A stretch of 64,000 nt of DNA, from NCBI RefSeq assembly GCF_006345805.1, contig NC_042999.1, forward strand, positions 157,790,001-157,854,000. The letters are read 5' to 3'. Numbering within the stretch: the first letter of the stretch is position 1; each line of letters opens with the position of its first letter. The DNA comes from Octopus sinensis (lineage: Eukaryota). A program made the position numbers and the translations under genes. Shown here in pieces: positions 11,891-23,960 of the stretch. The notes under the pieces were generated by a model. That model ran no database searches. It had not been told where the DNA came from and was given only the letters and a program-made list of their open reading frames with translations.

Positions 11891-12521
11891 GAAGGTTACT
11901 CTCTCGATAAAATAGATATGATGGTAACGGTTAGAACGCTTTTGCTCATAGGTCTGTTCAATTAGGGCTGTTCTAAGGTTAAATTAAAACATCAATAACA
12001 ATAAATTACCTTAGGCAACATACTAAAAACAAAAACGTATAAAAGATGTTTACTATTTCTGGAACAAAATTCTAATATCCTTTAATTGAAAATACAATTA
12101 TATTTTAGTGATTTCCTTTATAAATGCTTTTACTGTATAGATTTCAGATAAAATTAATCTTTTCAGCGTAGCTTTGAAACTATTTGAGAGAGAGGGGGAG
12201 AGGTTGGGGGAGGTTGGGGGAGAGGGGGGTATGAGGCGGTGGTTGCGATTGGAATTGAAATTTGTCATTTATTGGGTGAAAGGAAACAAGCCAAAAACTG
12301 CTGACAATTGTTAATTAGTCTCAAAGAGGAGAGATAGTTTCAAGGAATTTAGAATTAACTTCGCAGAAAATTGAAGTTTTATTGCTTAAGGGAAAATATC
12401 CGATCTTTATTAGCAGGAAAAATGGCAGCCGCAGAAACTGTTTTGAGTCTAAGGAGATATAATCAGTAAACGCTTTCGTCATGTCTAAAATATTGTTAAA
12501 CTAAGAGCAAGAATCAGTGAC

Positions 12522-13022
12522 TCCTTCTTCTTCTTCTCCCCCTTCTCCCCTTCTCCTCCTCCACCCCTCCTCTCCCCTCTTCCTCCTCCTCTCCTCCCCT
12601 CCTTCTTCTTTTTCTTCCTCTTCCTCCTCATCTCCTCTCCTCCTTCTTTTTCTTCTTCTCCTTTTTCTTCTCCTTCTTCTCCTACTCCTTCTCCCCCTCC
12701 TTCCACTCCCCTCCTCCCCCTCCTTCTTCTTTTTCTTCCTCCCCCATCTCCTCTCCTCCCCTCCTTCTTTTTCTTCTCCTTCGTCTTCTCCTTCTCCTTC
12801 GTCTTCTCCTTCTCCTCCTCCTCCTCTCCTCTCCTCCCCTCCTTCTTTTTCTTTCCCCCCTCATCTCCTCTCCTCCCCTCCTTCTTTTTCTTCTCCTTCG
12901 TCTTCCCCTTCTCCTCCTCCTCTCCTCCTCCTCTCCTCCCCCCTTCTCCTTTTTCTTCTCCTTCTTCTTCTCCTTCTCCTTCTTCTCCTCCTCCCTCCTC
13001 CTCCTCATTCTTCTTCTTCTTC
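12522..13022. repeat. CT-only polypyrimidine low-complexity tract
   Basis: About 500 bp of (CTT/CCT/CTC) repeats. Confidence 0.95.
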
Positions 13023-13025
13023 TAG

Positions 13026-13306
13026 ATTTCCTATCTCTCATCATGGCAACACGCTTCATCGTCCTCACCCTCCACCTTACCACGAATTCAACGCTAAGCT
13101 GTCCCCTATCAACGTCGGAATGTCCTCAGCTCCATGTTGCGTGTCCCTGCCAATGACATCAGTAATAGTCGAGTGGTCGCTCTCCTCTGTTGAGCTGTGG
13201 ACGTTCTCCAAAATATTACGTCTGACGCGGCCTGCTTGTCCAGCACGACAGCGGTGGCCAGCAAAGCCTACCTTGCCTTGAACAACAATAGCAAAATTAA
13301 GTGGAC
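13026..13306. other. Unique, GC-richer segment; candidate exon, strand unresolved
   Basis: Plus strand: AG acceptor after the CT tract, open frame FPISHHGNTLHRPHPPPYHEF.. to TGA at 13281. Minus strand: 13306-13081 is open between AG and GTAAG. No recognisable homology. Confidence 0.3.
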
Positions 13307-13316
13307 CTGTTTCCGC

Positions 13317-13600
13317 AAAACCTCTCTGGATTTAGGATCATGCCATGAATTACTCTGAGCCTTCATGAGGCGATTCTGAAGCTTCTTCATTGCTCAAGGT
13401 CCAGTTGCAGAGAAAAGTACACTAACTATATATGCATTCTTTTGCTAATTTCAGTCATTGGACTGCAGCCATGCTGGGGTTTAAAGAGTTTAAAGGGTCT
13501 TAAATGGTTTAGACTAGAGGTTTTCAACCGGGGTCCATATAACCTTGGGGGTTCATATACAATTTTGTTGTTAAAATTTATGCGCAATAAATTTGTCATA
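13317..13600 (+). repeat. Local direct duplication, copy 1 (copy 2 at 14371-14654)
   Basis: Near-identical ~285 bp, 1054 bp apart. Confidence 0.9.
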
Positions 13601-13762
13601 CTTCTACAATGCACAAAAACGTTTTAACAATTAAAAAAAAATACAATTGCTAAATAACTTTTCATTATAAAAATATGAGAATTTATTTTAAAACATAGAC
13701 TGGCTAAAAGGGGTCCACCAGAGTAAAATAAAAACCAAAGGGGTCCATAGGTGAAAATTATG

Positions 13763-14052
13763 TGGAGTCACATGGCCTAGTGCTTAGAGCAGTGGACTCG
13801 CAGTCGAGGGATCGCGGGTTCGAATCTCAGACCGGGCGATGTGCGTGTTTATGAGCGAAACATCTAAGCTCCACGCGGCTCCGGCAGAAGGTAATGGCGA
13901 ACTTCTGCTGACTCTTTCGCCACAACTTTCTCTCACTCTTTCCTCCTGCAGCTCACCTGCGACGGACCGACGTCCCGTCCAGGTGGGGAACCTATACGCT
14001 AAGGAAACCGAGAAACCGGCCCGTATGAGCCAGGCATGGCTCGGGAAGGAAC
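13763..14052 (+). mobile_element. SINE family C variant, tail type 2
   Basis: Family C head/core with tail GAAACCG..GAGCCAGGCATGGCT. Confidence 0.8.
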
Positions 14053-14956
14053 AAAAGATAAAAAAAGGTGAAAATTGGTTTAGACAAAGAAATTGACCCC
14101 AGTACTTCTTTTTTTGTAAAGTACAGTGATACCACGCAGTACGAGTTTAATTTGTTCCATGACTGAGCTCGTGTTACGATTTACTCTTTTTACGAAACAA
14201 TTTTCCCCATTGAAATTAACTAAAATATAATTAATCCATTCCAGCCACCCCCAAACCACCCCCAAAACAATATTTTAGGGGTTTTAAAACAGAAAACGTG
14301 TAGTTATAAGTAAGATAATAATTATAAGTATGTAAGTATGCAAATTGGTTTTATTACCTGAATTACCTTAAAAACCTCTCTGGATTTAGGATCATGCCAT
14401 GAATTACTCTGAGCCTTCATGAGGCGATTCTGAAGCTTCTTCATTGCTCAAGCTCCAGTTGCAGAGAAAAGTACACTAACTATATATGCATTCTTTTGCT
14501 AATTTCAGTCATTGGACTGCAGCCATGCTGGGGTTTAAAGAGTTTAAAAGGTCTTAAATGGTTTAGACTAGAGGTTTTCAACCGGGGTCCATATAACCTT
14601 GGGGGTTCATATAGAATTTTGTTGATGAAATTTATGTGCAATAAATTTGTCATACGGTTTGTGCGCGAGGCAGACGATAGATCGAGGAAGAGGGGGATTA
14701 CTGTTTGGAAGGAGAATTTCCTTCCATTAAGACTTCAGGAAGAACAATTTCTGGCGTTTTCTCTCTCCGTTTAATTTAGGCTTTTTGGATACATTTTCTT
14801 CACTTTTTACACTTTGCAGGTCGTTTCATTAGAATAAAATCAAAAGAAGTCTGCTTTTTCCTGCCTTCCAAAAAGTTACGAAAATGAGCCAGAGCTGTTT
14901 CATTAAATAAAGTAGCTGCACGACCTGTAGCTACTTTTTCAGGATAATATTCTTCT

Positions 14957-15118
14957 ACAAGTTCAAATTCCGCCGAGGTCGACTTTGCCTTTCATCCTTT
15001 CGGGGTCGATAAATTAAGTACCAGTTACGCCACTGGGGTCGATGTAATCGAATTAATCCGTTTGTCTGTCCTTGTTTGTCCCCTCTATGTTTAGCCCCCT
15101 GTGGGCAATAAAGAAATA
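14957..15118 (+). mobile_element. SINE family B, 5'-truncated
   Basis: Family consensus. Confidence 0.85.
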
Positions 15119-15883
15119 AATATTCTTCTACAAATTCAGAAAAGTACTGCGACTTCGCCAACATTGCCTTTATCTGGTGTAGTATATTTGTGTGTGTGTG
15201 TGTGGCAGCGCACGATGGACTTCTGCGCATTTTCTATTTACCAAATTCCATACACAACGCATTGGTCAACCTGAAGCTATTTATCCAAGATACTGCACAG
15301 TGATTTACAATGGGAAGCCACGCAGATGTGAAATGAGCTTCTTGGATACACACCTACATCTATCAGCAATTTTGAATACAGAAGTGATTTATAACTCTGT
15401 CCTCCTGAGACTTTCTGTATTCTATTCACATCATTAATCAAGTATATGTGTGTATATGCTCTTTCATTGATTTCCCAGTAATTTTTCGAAGTTTGAAAGA
15501 GCGAAGTGGTTTCTCCTGAAGTTTTTTAATTATTCACTCCGTATCGTTCTCTGCCATCGCCGTCATCGTTCTCGTGCCATTGTGTGGACAAAAATTAGAT
15601 CCGATTTAACAGATCTGTGATCAAAGGCATTCCAGGTCTGATCATCTTGAATTTTAGTTTTCAAAAAGTTCGTCTTCTGTTTTGAGTGGTAGCATATGAT
15701 TTAAGCTTGATTTGGTTAGAATTTCTAGCAAGTTCAGCGACCACATGAGGTTTCTTCATAACCTCAAGTTGCAATCGCACTCCAGCGGAGCTGCATTATG
15801 GCACAACATTAACTAGAAAGCTTGTGTGTATGTGTATGTGTATGTGTGTGTTTTATACACACACACACACATATATATATATG

Positions 15884-15923
<40 letters not shown>

Positions 15924-18337
15924 CATATATACACATATCATATACACATATCATACACACACACACACACACACACGCGCACACACATAGCCAGAAGAAT
16001 GAGGTAAGAGGACGCAGAAAAGAAAAAAAGAGAAATGGAGAGGAGAGAATCGTGGAAACTATAGAGATGGTAGTTGAATATTCCAACATATATTAGGATC
16101 CATGTTCAGCATCTGCGACAGTATGTCAGAATTACAGAAATTACTGCCCAAGCAGCAGATAGTCAAGACTAACATTCCTATTGGCATCTTTTTGTCCGTT
16201 GCGTTGCGATGCAAAACTCTCTGAATTAACATAATACACCGAACCTTATTATATTTAGAGTGCCTTGCACACAATAAACATTATGTTATCGACGCCCACG
16301 GTAAAGAAACAAAAGAGAGAGTCAACAAAGAAACAATTATAAAGATGCTTATACTGTTGTAAATACAGCGAACACAAGCACATCTTCACACACAACATCA
16401 AAATCATCCATGCCTACATAAACACTTTCGGCACAAAATGCTATCATCCCCGAGACAACATTGCGATAAAAGTGACAAGAAAGTACATTGGCCTGCCAAA
16501 TACAAACACATGTGCATTATCATGTTTCTTTGTTGCAGCAGGTTATATATATATACTGGACTATTTGATGAACTTTTGTTAACAATGTGAAATTTTTTTC
16601 TTACAGTTGTGAACTCGTTTCAATTATGGTTTCCGTATTGTTTTATAACGTATTTACTTTTGTGTCCGGGGAAAGTCATTCTCTTTTAGTGCCTTATTAT
16701 TTAACACACTCACCGGTAAAATTTCCATTTATTTCTTATTTTTATTTTCTAAAATTTTCGTTGCGTGTTGCAACCTTTTCAATAGTCTTGACTCTGTCCG
16801 TTATTTACACTGCGTTCCGTTTTGTTTGTTTGTGCGCATATGTGTGGGTCAGTGTGTGTGTGTATGTGTGCCTATACATGCATACATGTATTTACTTTTG
16901 TTTTTGTAATTGTTATTTTTTACTGTCTATCTTCATTTCATTTCTGTCATAACAAACTCACTGTAAGGGGAATACTGTTGTGAGATTCCTACAGAGTTTT
17001 GAAACATGGATCTCTGATTTTCTGAGTCCAGAACCATGACCTAACCTATCTCCGTTAAAAGAAGAGTATTGCCATAAAAGATTAAAGCCCACAGGAATAC
17101 GACTTCACCAATTAGCATGGCTGACTTAATGGTCGATGCGGCAAACTTCAAATGATGTTAGCAAGTTTTCCCGCTTTACAGTTTCACCGAAGATTCTAGA
17201 ATAGTAGCTTATAGCTATAAAAAGTTGCCAAATTTAATCTCAGGCCAGGGTCACTCAGCCGTCCAGGGAAATCACTTGTCCAAGCGAGTTATCTCTCCTT
17301 CTCTTTCACATGATTATGCCATTCTCGACAAAAGATATCAACCTTAAATTATCATGTGGAGTGATAATTAACTATATGATGTAATTTAAATTCTTTTTAC
17401 TTGTTTTATCTTCAACGTCTATGCTCCACTGTCGTGATATTTTTTAGCATGTTGTGTTACAGAAGATTCCCTAACGTTCTTCCATTCATTTATTTGATGT
17501 ACCCTTATAAATGTAAACAAAGACAGTTAATAAAATATTAAAAACTCATATTTTAGTGTGATCACAGAGCTTTACAATAAGAACAACTAATGAAAAATAG
17601 ATCACACATACACACACGCACGCACGCACGCACACACACACGCACGCACGCACACACACAAATATACTAAACCAGACAAATATATTAAAATATAACTTAG
17701 GGTTTTCATTATAAAATTAATGTAAACACAAAAAAATGTAACTTCAATTAATATTTCAGTTAGGTGATTCCACGATGGAACTACTAAAAATAACAGCCAA
17801 AAGACACCTTAGGTAATATTTTCTGGGGAATTGCATGTGAAAAGAAAGAACTGGAATGTGTTTATAACACTGTGTAACAAAATTTTATTATTATTATTAC
17901 TATTATTATTATTATTTTTTTTTTTGGGCCTTTTGTCAGTAAGTGTTATTTCGTATTTGCTTCTATCTAGAAATCAAAGGAAACGACTACTATTCCCTTC
18001 AAACTTCCCTTTTCTGACCTGGACAGTTGCTTGACTTTAACCTCTTGAGTATGTCCCCCTGTGGATGACAAAATGTGCATCGCTGATCATGAGCAGGAGT
18101 AGTGAGGGAGCACCATAGTCATGTGTTGAGAGGGATTCTTTGGGATTTGAATAAATGTAACAAAAGCAAAGTTTGAAGGAAATATTTTCCAATTTTCATA
18201 CTTCCTAGGGATAAGCAAATAGGAAATAAAAAGTGCGACTCAAGGATAGAGATCGTGTTACGCAGTATAATAGATTTGCCAGATTAGAACTGTAGATGAG
18301 CAGTATATTTTGTCCTAGCCGCAGGTTAACTAATATT

Positions 18338-18545
18338 CTCTTTACTCTTTTACTCTTTTACTTGTTTCAGTCATTTGACTGCGGCCATGCTGGAGCACTG
18401 CCTTTAGTCGAGCAAATCGACCCCGGGACTTATTCTTTGTAAGCCTAGTACTTATTCTATCGGTCTCTTTTGCCGAACCGCTAAGTGACGGGGACGTAAA
18501 CACACCAGCATCGGTTGTCAAGCAATGCTAGGGGGACAAACACAG

Positions 18546-18578
<33 letters not shown>

Positions 18579-18750
18579 CATATATACGACAGGCTTCTTT
18601 CAGTTTCCGTCTACCAAATCCACTCACAAGGCATTGGTCGGCCCGGGGCTATAGCAGAAGACACTTGCCCAAGATGCCACGCAGTGGGACTGAACCCGGA
18701 ACCATGTGGTTGGTTAGCAAGCTACTTACCACACAGCCACTCCTGCGCCT
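18338..18750 (-). mobile_element. SINE family A, full length
   Basis: Head AGGCGCAGGAGTGGCTGTGTGG through (AAAAGAGT)n tail. Confidence 0.92.
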
Positions 18751-18777
18751 GATGTTTTGAATTATTTTTGCTATATT

Positions 18778-19115
18778 GCATGGCTCAGTGGTTAGAGCGT
18801 CGAGCTTACGATCGTGAGGTTGTGAGCTCGAATCCCGGACGGGGCTGCGTGTTGTGTTCTTGAGCAAGGCACTTTATTTCACGTTGCTCCAGTTCACTCA
18901 GCTGTAGAAATGAGTTGCGACGTCACAGGTGCCAAGCTGTATCGGCCCTTGCCTTTCCCTTGGACAACATCGGTGACGTGGAGAGGGGAGGCCGGTATGC
19001 ATGGGCGACTGCTGGTCTTCCATAAAACAACCTTGCCCAGACTTGTGCCTCAGAGGGTATCTCTCTAGGTACAAACCCATGGTCAGTGCCTGACCGAAGG
19101 GGGTCTTTACTTTAC
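18778..19115 (+). mobile_element. SINE family D, full length
   Basis: A box TGGCTCAGTGG, B box GCTCGAATCC, core, (TTTAC)n tail. Confidence 0.85.
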
Positions 19116-19189
19116 TTTATTTTGTATGCCTCTAAGATTATTTGCTAGGGTCTCTGAGAGGGGCCACGTTTCTGCTCCATTAGAGAAGA

Positions 19190-19645
19190 ATGGAGAGGAA
19201 TGATGCTTCGATAGCAGAGCTCTGAGAACAGTTGAGAAGATCAGATGGTACCATTATGTTTCCAACAAAGAACTGTGTGCGCACACGCATCAGCCCGCAT
19301 CTTCCCACCTCATAGCTTTCCGTCGCATGTACTGGTACAGATATGTCCTCTGTTTCCCGCTAGATCATCCTCTCAGAACTTTACTCTCACTCGACGCAGT
19401 AGCTGCAGACTGGAAGAGGCCTCGTGACAGGCCCCGCCACCAAAAGGCTTGACGTGATAGGAGAAGATCTCCAGAGGCTCGACATCATCTTGAAGGCTGT
19501 AGAGGGGCTGGCACGGTACCGCCAGTGATGGAAAGCATTGGTGGACCTGGTCGGCTCTACGCATGATGACGCCTCTGGGACCACTAACTTAGTATAACCC
19601 CAGTCCCATCAAGCAAGAACATAAAGCCAAGCCAAGAAGCTAAGA
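19190..19645 (+). pseudogene. RTE-clade LINE 3' end (ORF C-terminus)
   Basis: FDSRALRTVEKIRWYHYVSNKEL..RRMYWYRYV..WKRPRDRPR, frameshift, DVIGEDL..LARYRQ*WKALV. Confidence 0.8.
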
Positions 19646-21008
19646 TTATTTAAATTCAGGTGAAACCTTATTTTATTTTTTTCAAAATGAACTCCTTGGC
19701 GAAAAAAGCCTACAGTTTGAATTAGAATACTTATTTCGCTGTAATATGAATATTACAGATGGCGGCAAATGGCAGAACCTTTATAACGAAGGAAAAAAAA
19801 ATATCTTATGGCATTTGTTCCGGGTCCTTCCGTTCTGAGTTAAAATCTCCGCAGGTTTAACTTAACCTTTCATCCTTTTAGAATCAATAAAGTAAAGTAC
19901 CTGTTAAGTACGGAGGTCGATAAGATCGACAGTTTCTTTCCAAGAAATTTTCTATCTAATTCCTGTATTTGTTTGTTTGGTATTTATTTTAAGCTTGTTT
20001 TTATTTTTAGTTTGCCTTGCTCAAATTCAAATCACTCACTAACAAAATGACAAGACTCTTTTTCATTCATGTGTGTGCAAGTACTAATTATTCTACCTTC
20101 CTAGAATAATACCCAAACTTTTTATCGAGTCAACTTTCCATTTAGTTAAATTTAATATGGTTAACCCTAAAACAACATTAATTATTACTGGCACTGATAG
20201 GCTGTTTCTCAGCTCGCTGGGACTTGTCACATTCCAATCTTTTTCTTTTTTTTTTTCTTTCGGTAAAGGGACAGTTTGGAAACGTACCAATTCTCTTTCC
20301 ACAGGGGAGAAAAATCCAGAAAAATAGAAAATATTCTATTTTATTAATCTAATTAATCTAATTTTAGCTAATATTAAAAGGGTTATGTGACACCAACATT
20401 TTTCGGGGTTATTTCCCTTACATCTCCCCTTTTTTTGTTTTTGTTTTTGCGATAATCAACTTACCTCCCCTGTTACTTCCTAGCTATCATTCAGACAGCA
20501 ATAATAAAACATAAATGTTCCAAGTTTTATTTAATATCTTTCATCTTTGTTGCTTTTCATCTGATACCGTTTAATAACATCGATATTTATCGGCTTCACC
20601 GCTTAATCAAAACTTCAGTATTTCGCCAATAATCAACATTTCAGCATATTGTCATTCATCAATATTTTCAACACTTCACCGTTTACCAACACTCACTTTA
20701 CTGGTTAGGTTCAAACACATCTGGAAGGAGGATAATGTCGATTGTATCGATTCCCAATACTTGGTCGGTGATTTATTTTATTGATTCCGACAGAAAGATG
20801 AAACGCGAATTCGATACAGTCGGTATTTTAACAACAACAAAAAACCCCATAAAAGTGACAACGTAAGAGATCGCCATGCCTTTAATTTGTCATTCAGCAG
20901 TTTTCGACACTTACTACCGTAATCATATTTCTATATTTCATCTCAGACGATCAAAGGTCCTCTTCAAACCTTAGAATCACGAGGCCAATTTTCTGGATTT
21001 TGTACCAG

Positions 21009-21348
21009 CGTGGCATCTTGGGCAAGTGTCTTCTGCTATAGCCCCGGGCCGACCAATGCCTTCAGAGTGGATTTGGTAGACGGAAACTGAAAGAAGCCTG
21101 TCGTATATATGTATATATATATGTATGTGTGTGTGTTTGTGTGTCTGTGTTTGTTCCCCTGGCGTTGCTTGACGGCCGATGCTGGTGTGTTTGCGTCCCC
21201 GTCACTGAGCGGTTCGGCAAAAGAGACCGATAGAATAAGTACTGGGCTTACAAAAAGAATAAGTCCCGGGGTCGAGTTGCTCGACTAAAGGCGGTGCTCC
21301 AGCATGGCTGCAGTCAAATGACTGAAACAAGTAAAAGAGTAAAAGAGT
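21009..21348 (+). mobile_element. SINE family A, 5'-truncated
   Basis: Family consensus. Confidence 0.9.
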
Positions 21349-21364
21349 ATATATATATTCCACT

Positions 21365-21530
21365 CACCACCCCCTCCTGGACGGGGTGCCGGTCCGTCAC
21401 AGGATTACTAATTTCTGCTGGCTGAGTAGACCGGACCAACGTGAAATGAAGTGATTTGTTCAAGAACGCAGCGCATCGCCCGGTCCAGGAATCGAAACCA
21501 CAATCGGACGATCATGAGTGCAACATTCTA
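21365..21530 (-). mobile_element. SINE family D fragment
   Basis: Similar to 6075-6270. Confidence 0.65.
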
Positions 21531-21608
21531 CCGCTATATTTTATACATGTTCTTATTTTCTATTTTAATGTCTAGATTTCTATTTTCTTTTTTTTTCTCT
21601 TTCTGTAG

Positions 21609-21678
21609 ATGATCCCTCAATGCTGAGAAGTAGCGACTCGAACTGGACACAGCCCCTTATCACCGAGCTCCCTGTCGA
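21609..21678 (+). CDS. Candidate 70-nt internal exon (DDPSMLRSSDSNWTQPLITELPV)
   Basis: Strong acceptor TTTTTTTCTCTTTCTGTAG, donor GA|GTAATG, open frame (phase 1 to phase 2); no homology recognised. Confidence 0.35.
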
Positions 21679-21990
21679 GTAATGTTACTCTATAGATCCT
21701 CCGTACCGTTACTATTTCTTTGCGCTCCTACTCTTTCCGTCATTACCCAACATTTACAGCCAGAGTTGACAATAAGCACGAAGACTGAATTGAAGATTCT
21801 TTCCTGGGGATCGAACACTGGACCAGGTCAGGAAAAAGCAGAATGATACGATACTTTAGAAATGAAGTTTTAGTATTTAGTATTGCATTTAATCGCTTAC
21901 ACACGATATGAAAACCTTGTATACCAAAAGGTTTGCGGCATTTCCTTTTTTTCAAATAATTCTTTTAAATAATTGATATCTTTTCAGAAA

Positions 21991-22176
21991 GGCGTAGGAG
22001 TGGCTGTGTGATAAGTAGCTTGCTTACGAACCACATGGTTCCGGTTCAGTCCCACTGCGTGGCATCTTGAGCAAGTATCTTCTACTATAACCTCGGGCCG
22101 ACCGAATCCTTGTGAGTGGATTTGGTGGAGAGAAACTGAAAGAAGCCCGTCGTATATATGCATATATATATATAAT

Positions 22177-22247
<71 letters not shown>

Positions 22248-22465
22248 ATGCGTGTGTGTATATGTGTGTGAGTCTGTGTTTGTCCCCCAGCATCGCTTGA
22301 CAACCGGTGCTGGTGTGTGTTTACGTCCCCATAACTTAGCGGTTCGGCAAAAGGATCCGATAGAATAAGTACTAGGCTTACAAAGAATAAATCCTGGGGT
22401 CGATTTGTTCGACTAAAGGCAGTGCTCCAGCATGGCCACTGTCAAATGACTGAAACGAAAAAAAA
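21991..22465 (+). mobile_element. SINE family A, full length
   Basis: Family consensus with expanded TA/TG core. Confidence 0.9.
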
Positions 22466-22616
22466 CACTATTGTGGCTGTATCAAGTATTTCTTGCAAAA
22501 TCTTATACGTGCATACATACATATGCATATATAAATATACATAAATATATACATATACATATTATATATATTATATATATATGTACACACACATGCACAC
22601 ACACACACACACACAC

Positions 22617-22662
<46 letters not shown>

Positions 22663-22859
22663 CATCCAAATGTCAATTTTAAAGGTAAAAATGTTTTCCC
22701 GTTCCTCTCCTCTGAACTTTTTATTTGTTTTTTTTTTTCTCATGAGGCCAACTTGTCGGTTACAGAGAATCTCGTTACGCCTGTCTGAGCAATCAGAACG
22801 TAAAGCACCAGAACAAATACCGTAGAAAATTTTTTCCAGTGCTCAAACATTGTAGCAGT

Positions 22860-23652
22860 TTCCTGAGCAGTATATATATAAGGGAACAAAGTTTATATAT
22901 ATAAGAGAACAAAGTTTATATATATATATATATGAATCGGTTTCTGACTGAAGAATGAAGGCTCTGAATGACTGTCTGTTTTCCGTGTTCGTCAATTCGT
23001 GAATTTCACGTTCTTTATATATAAAGTTTTATTCTATATTATCGCAGCGTAAGTGCACCAATCCATTTATGTTTGTCATATCTCCACCATTGCACGACTT
23101 CTTTAATTTTAACTTTTCCTTTTCCATTTCGCCATTGCTTCTTCCCCAAGGTATTTTGGCGCTTCTTTACCAAGTTATTTTGGCGCCTCTTCCTCCCATC
23201 CTCTTTAATTCTTTCTTTCTCTCTCTCTTGGTCATTGCTTCTGTTCTCGGCCCTCCTTAATCCCCTCTCTCTCTGTCTCTCTTTCTCTCTCACCTTCTTG
23301 CAACCTGCTGCTACTAAGCCATTCCATTGGTGACAGCCGCCTGTACTACACGTCATCCCTACCGAAAAGGTAACCGCTTCCCACGCTTGCTGATCAATTG
23401 TTTTTTGTCCCATTTCGTCTCTTGTTTTCCTATTCGTCTCTGTTGTCCCATTCTTTCCTTCTACCAAGGAAATCTAATGCCCATAGCTTAGCTTTTCCTT
23501 GGGGCTGGCCGTTTTGGAGCAAATCTCAGAATTAAACAGCCGAAATTTGCCATGATGAATCGGTTTCTGACTGAAGAATGAAGGCTCTGAATGACTGTCT
23601 GTTTTCCGTGTTCGTCAATTCGTGAATTTCACGTTCTTTATATATAAAGTTT

Positions 23653-23731
<79 letters not shown>

Positions 23732-23960
23732 AGAACAAAGTTTATATATGTTGAATCGTTAGCTCCTGCACGCATTTTTTCTCTCTCTTTGTTTCTCTCC
23801 GTGTTTCTTTTCTGTGTATCTTTCTGTTGAAGAGCGTAGGCTCGAAACGTAAAAGACTTGTTTTATTTCTATTCCTGAGCGCCAAACTAATACAATTGTT
23901 TGTTTGTACTCCACCTGCCTTCGTCTTTTGTTTATTTTCGTAAAGCTTCCCGTTATATAT
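22860..23960 (+). mobile_element. Penelope-like pLTR/UTR relic cluster with partial tandem duplication
   Basis: 22933-23040 repeated at 23556-23660; TATAAGAGAACAAAGTTTATA spacer repeated; 23490-23600 related to minus 61340-61430; carries an HHR at 23819. Confidence 0.5.
23819..23856 (+). ncRNA. Minimal type I hammerhead-like motif, A6U core
   Basis: TCTTT-CTGTTGA-A-GAGC gtag GCTC-GAAA-CGT-A / AAAGA. Confidence 0.6.

Noticed and set aside
12485-13083. Long ORFs (254 aa plus, 133 aa minus)
   Set aside because: Translations of a CT-only low-complexity tract.
16240-16830. Penelope GIY-YIG and 3' UTR relic
   Set aside because: Only a faint TCALSCFF..GYI resemblance; too degenerate to call.
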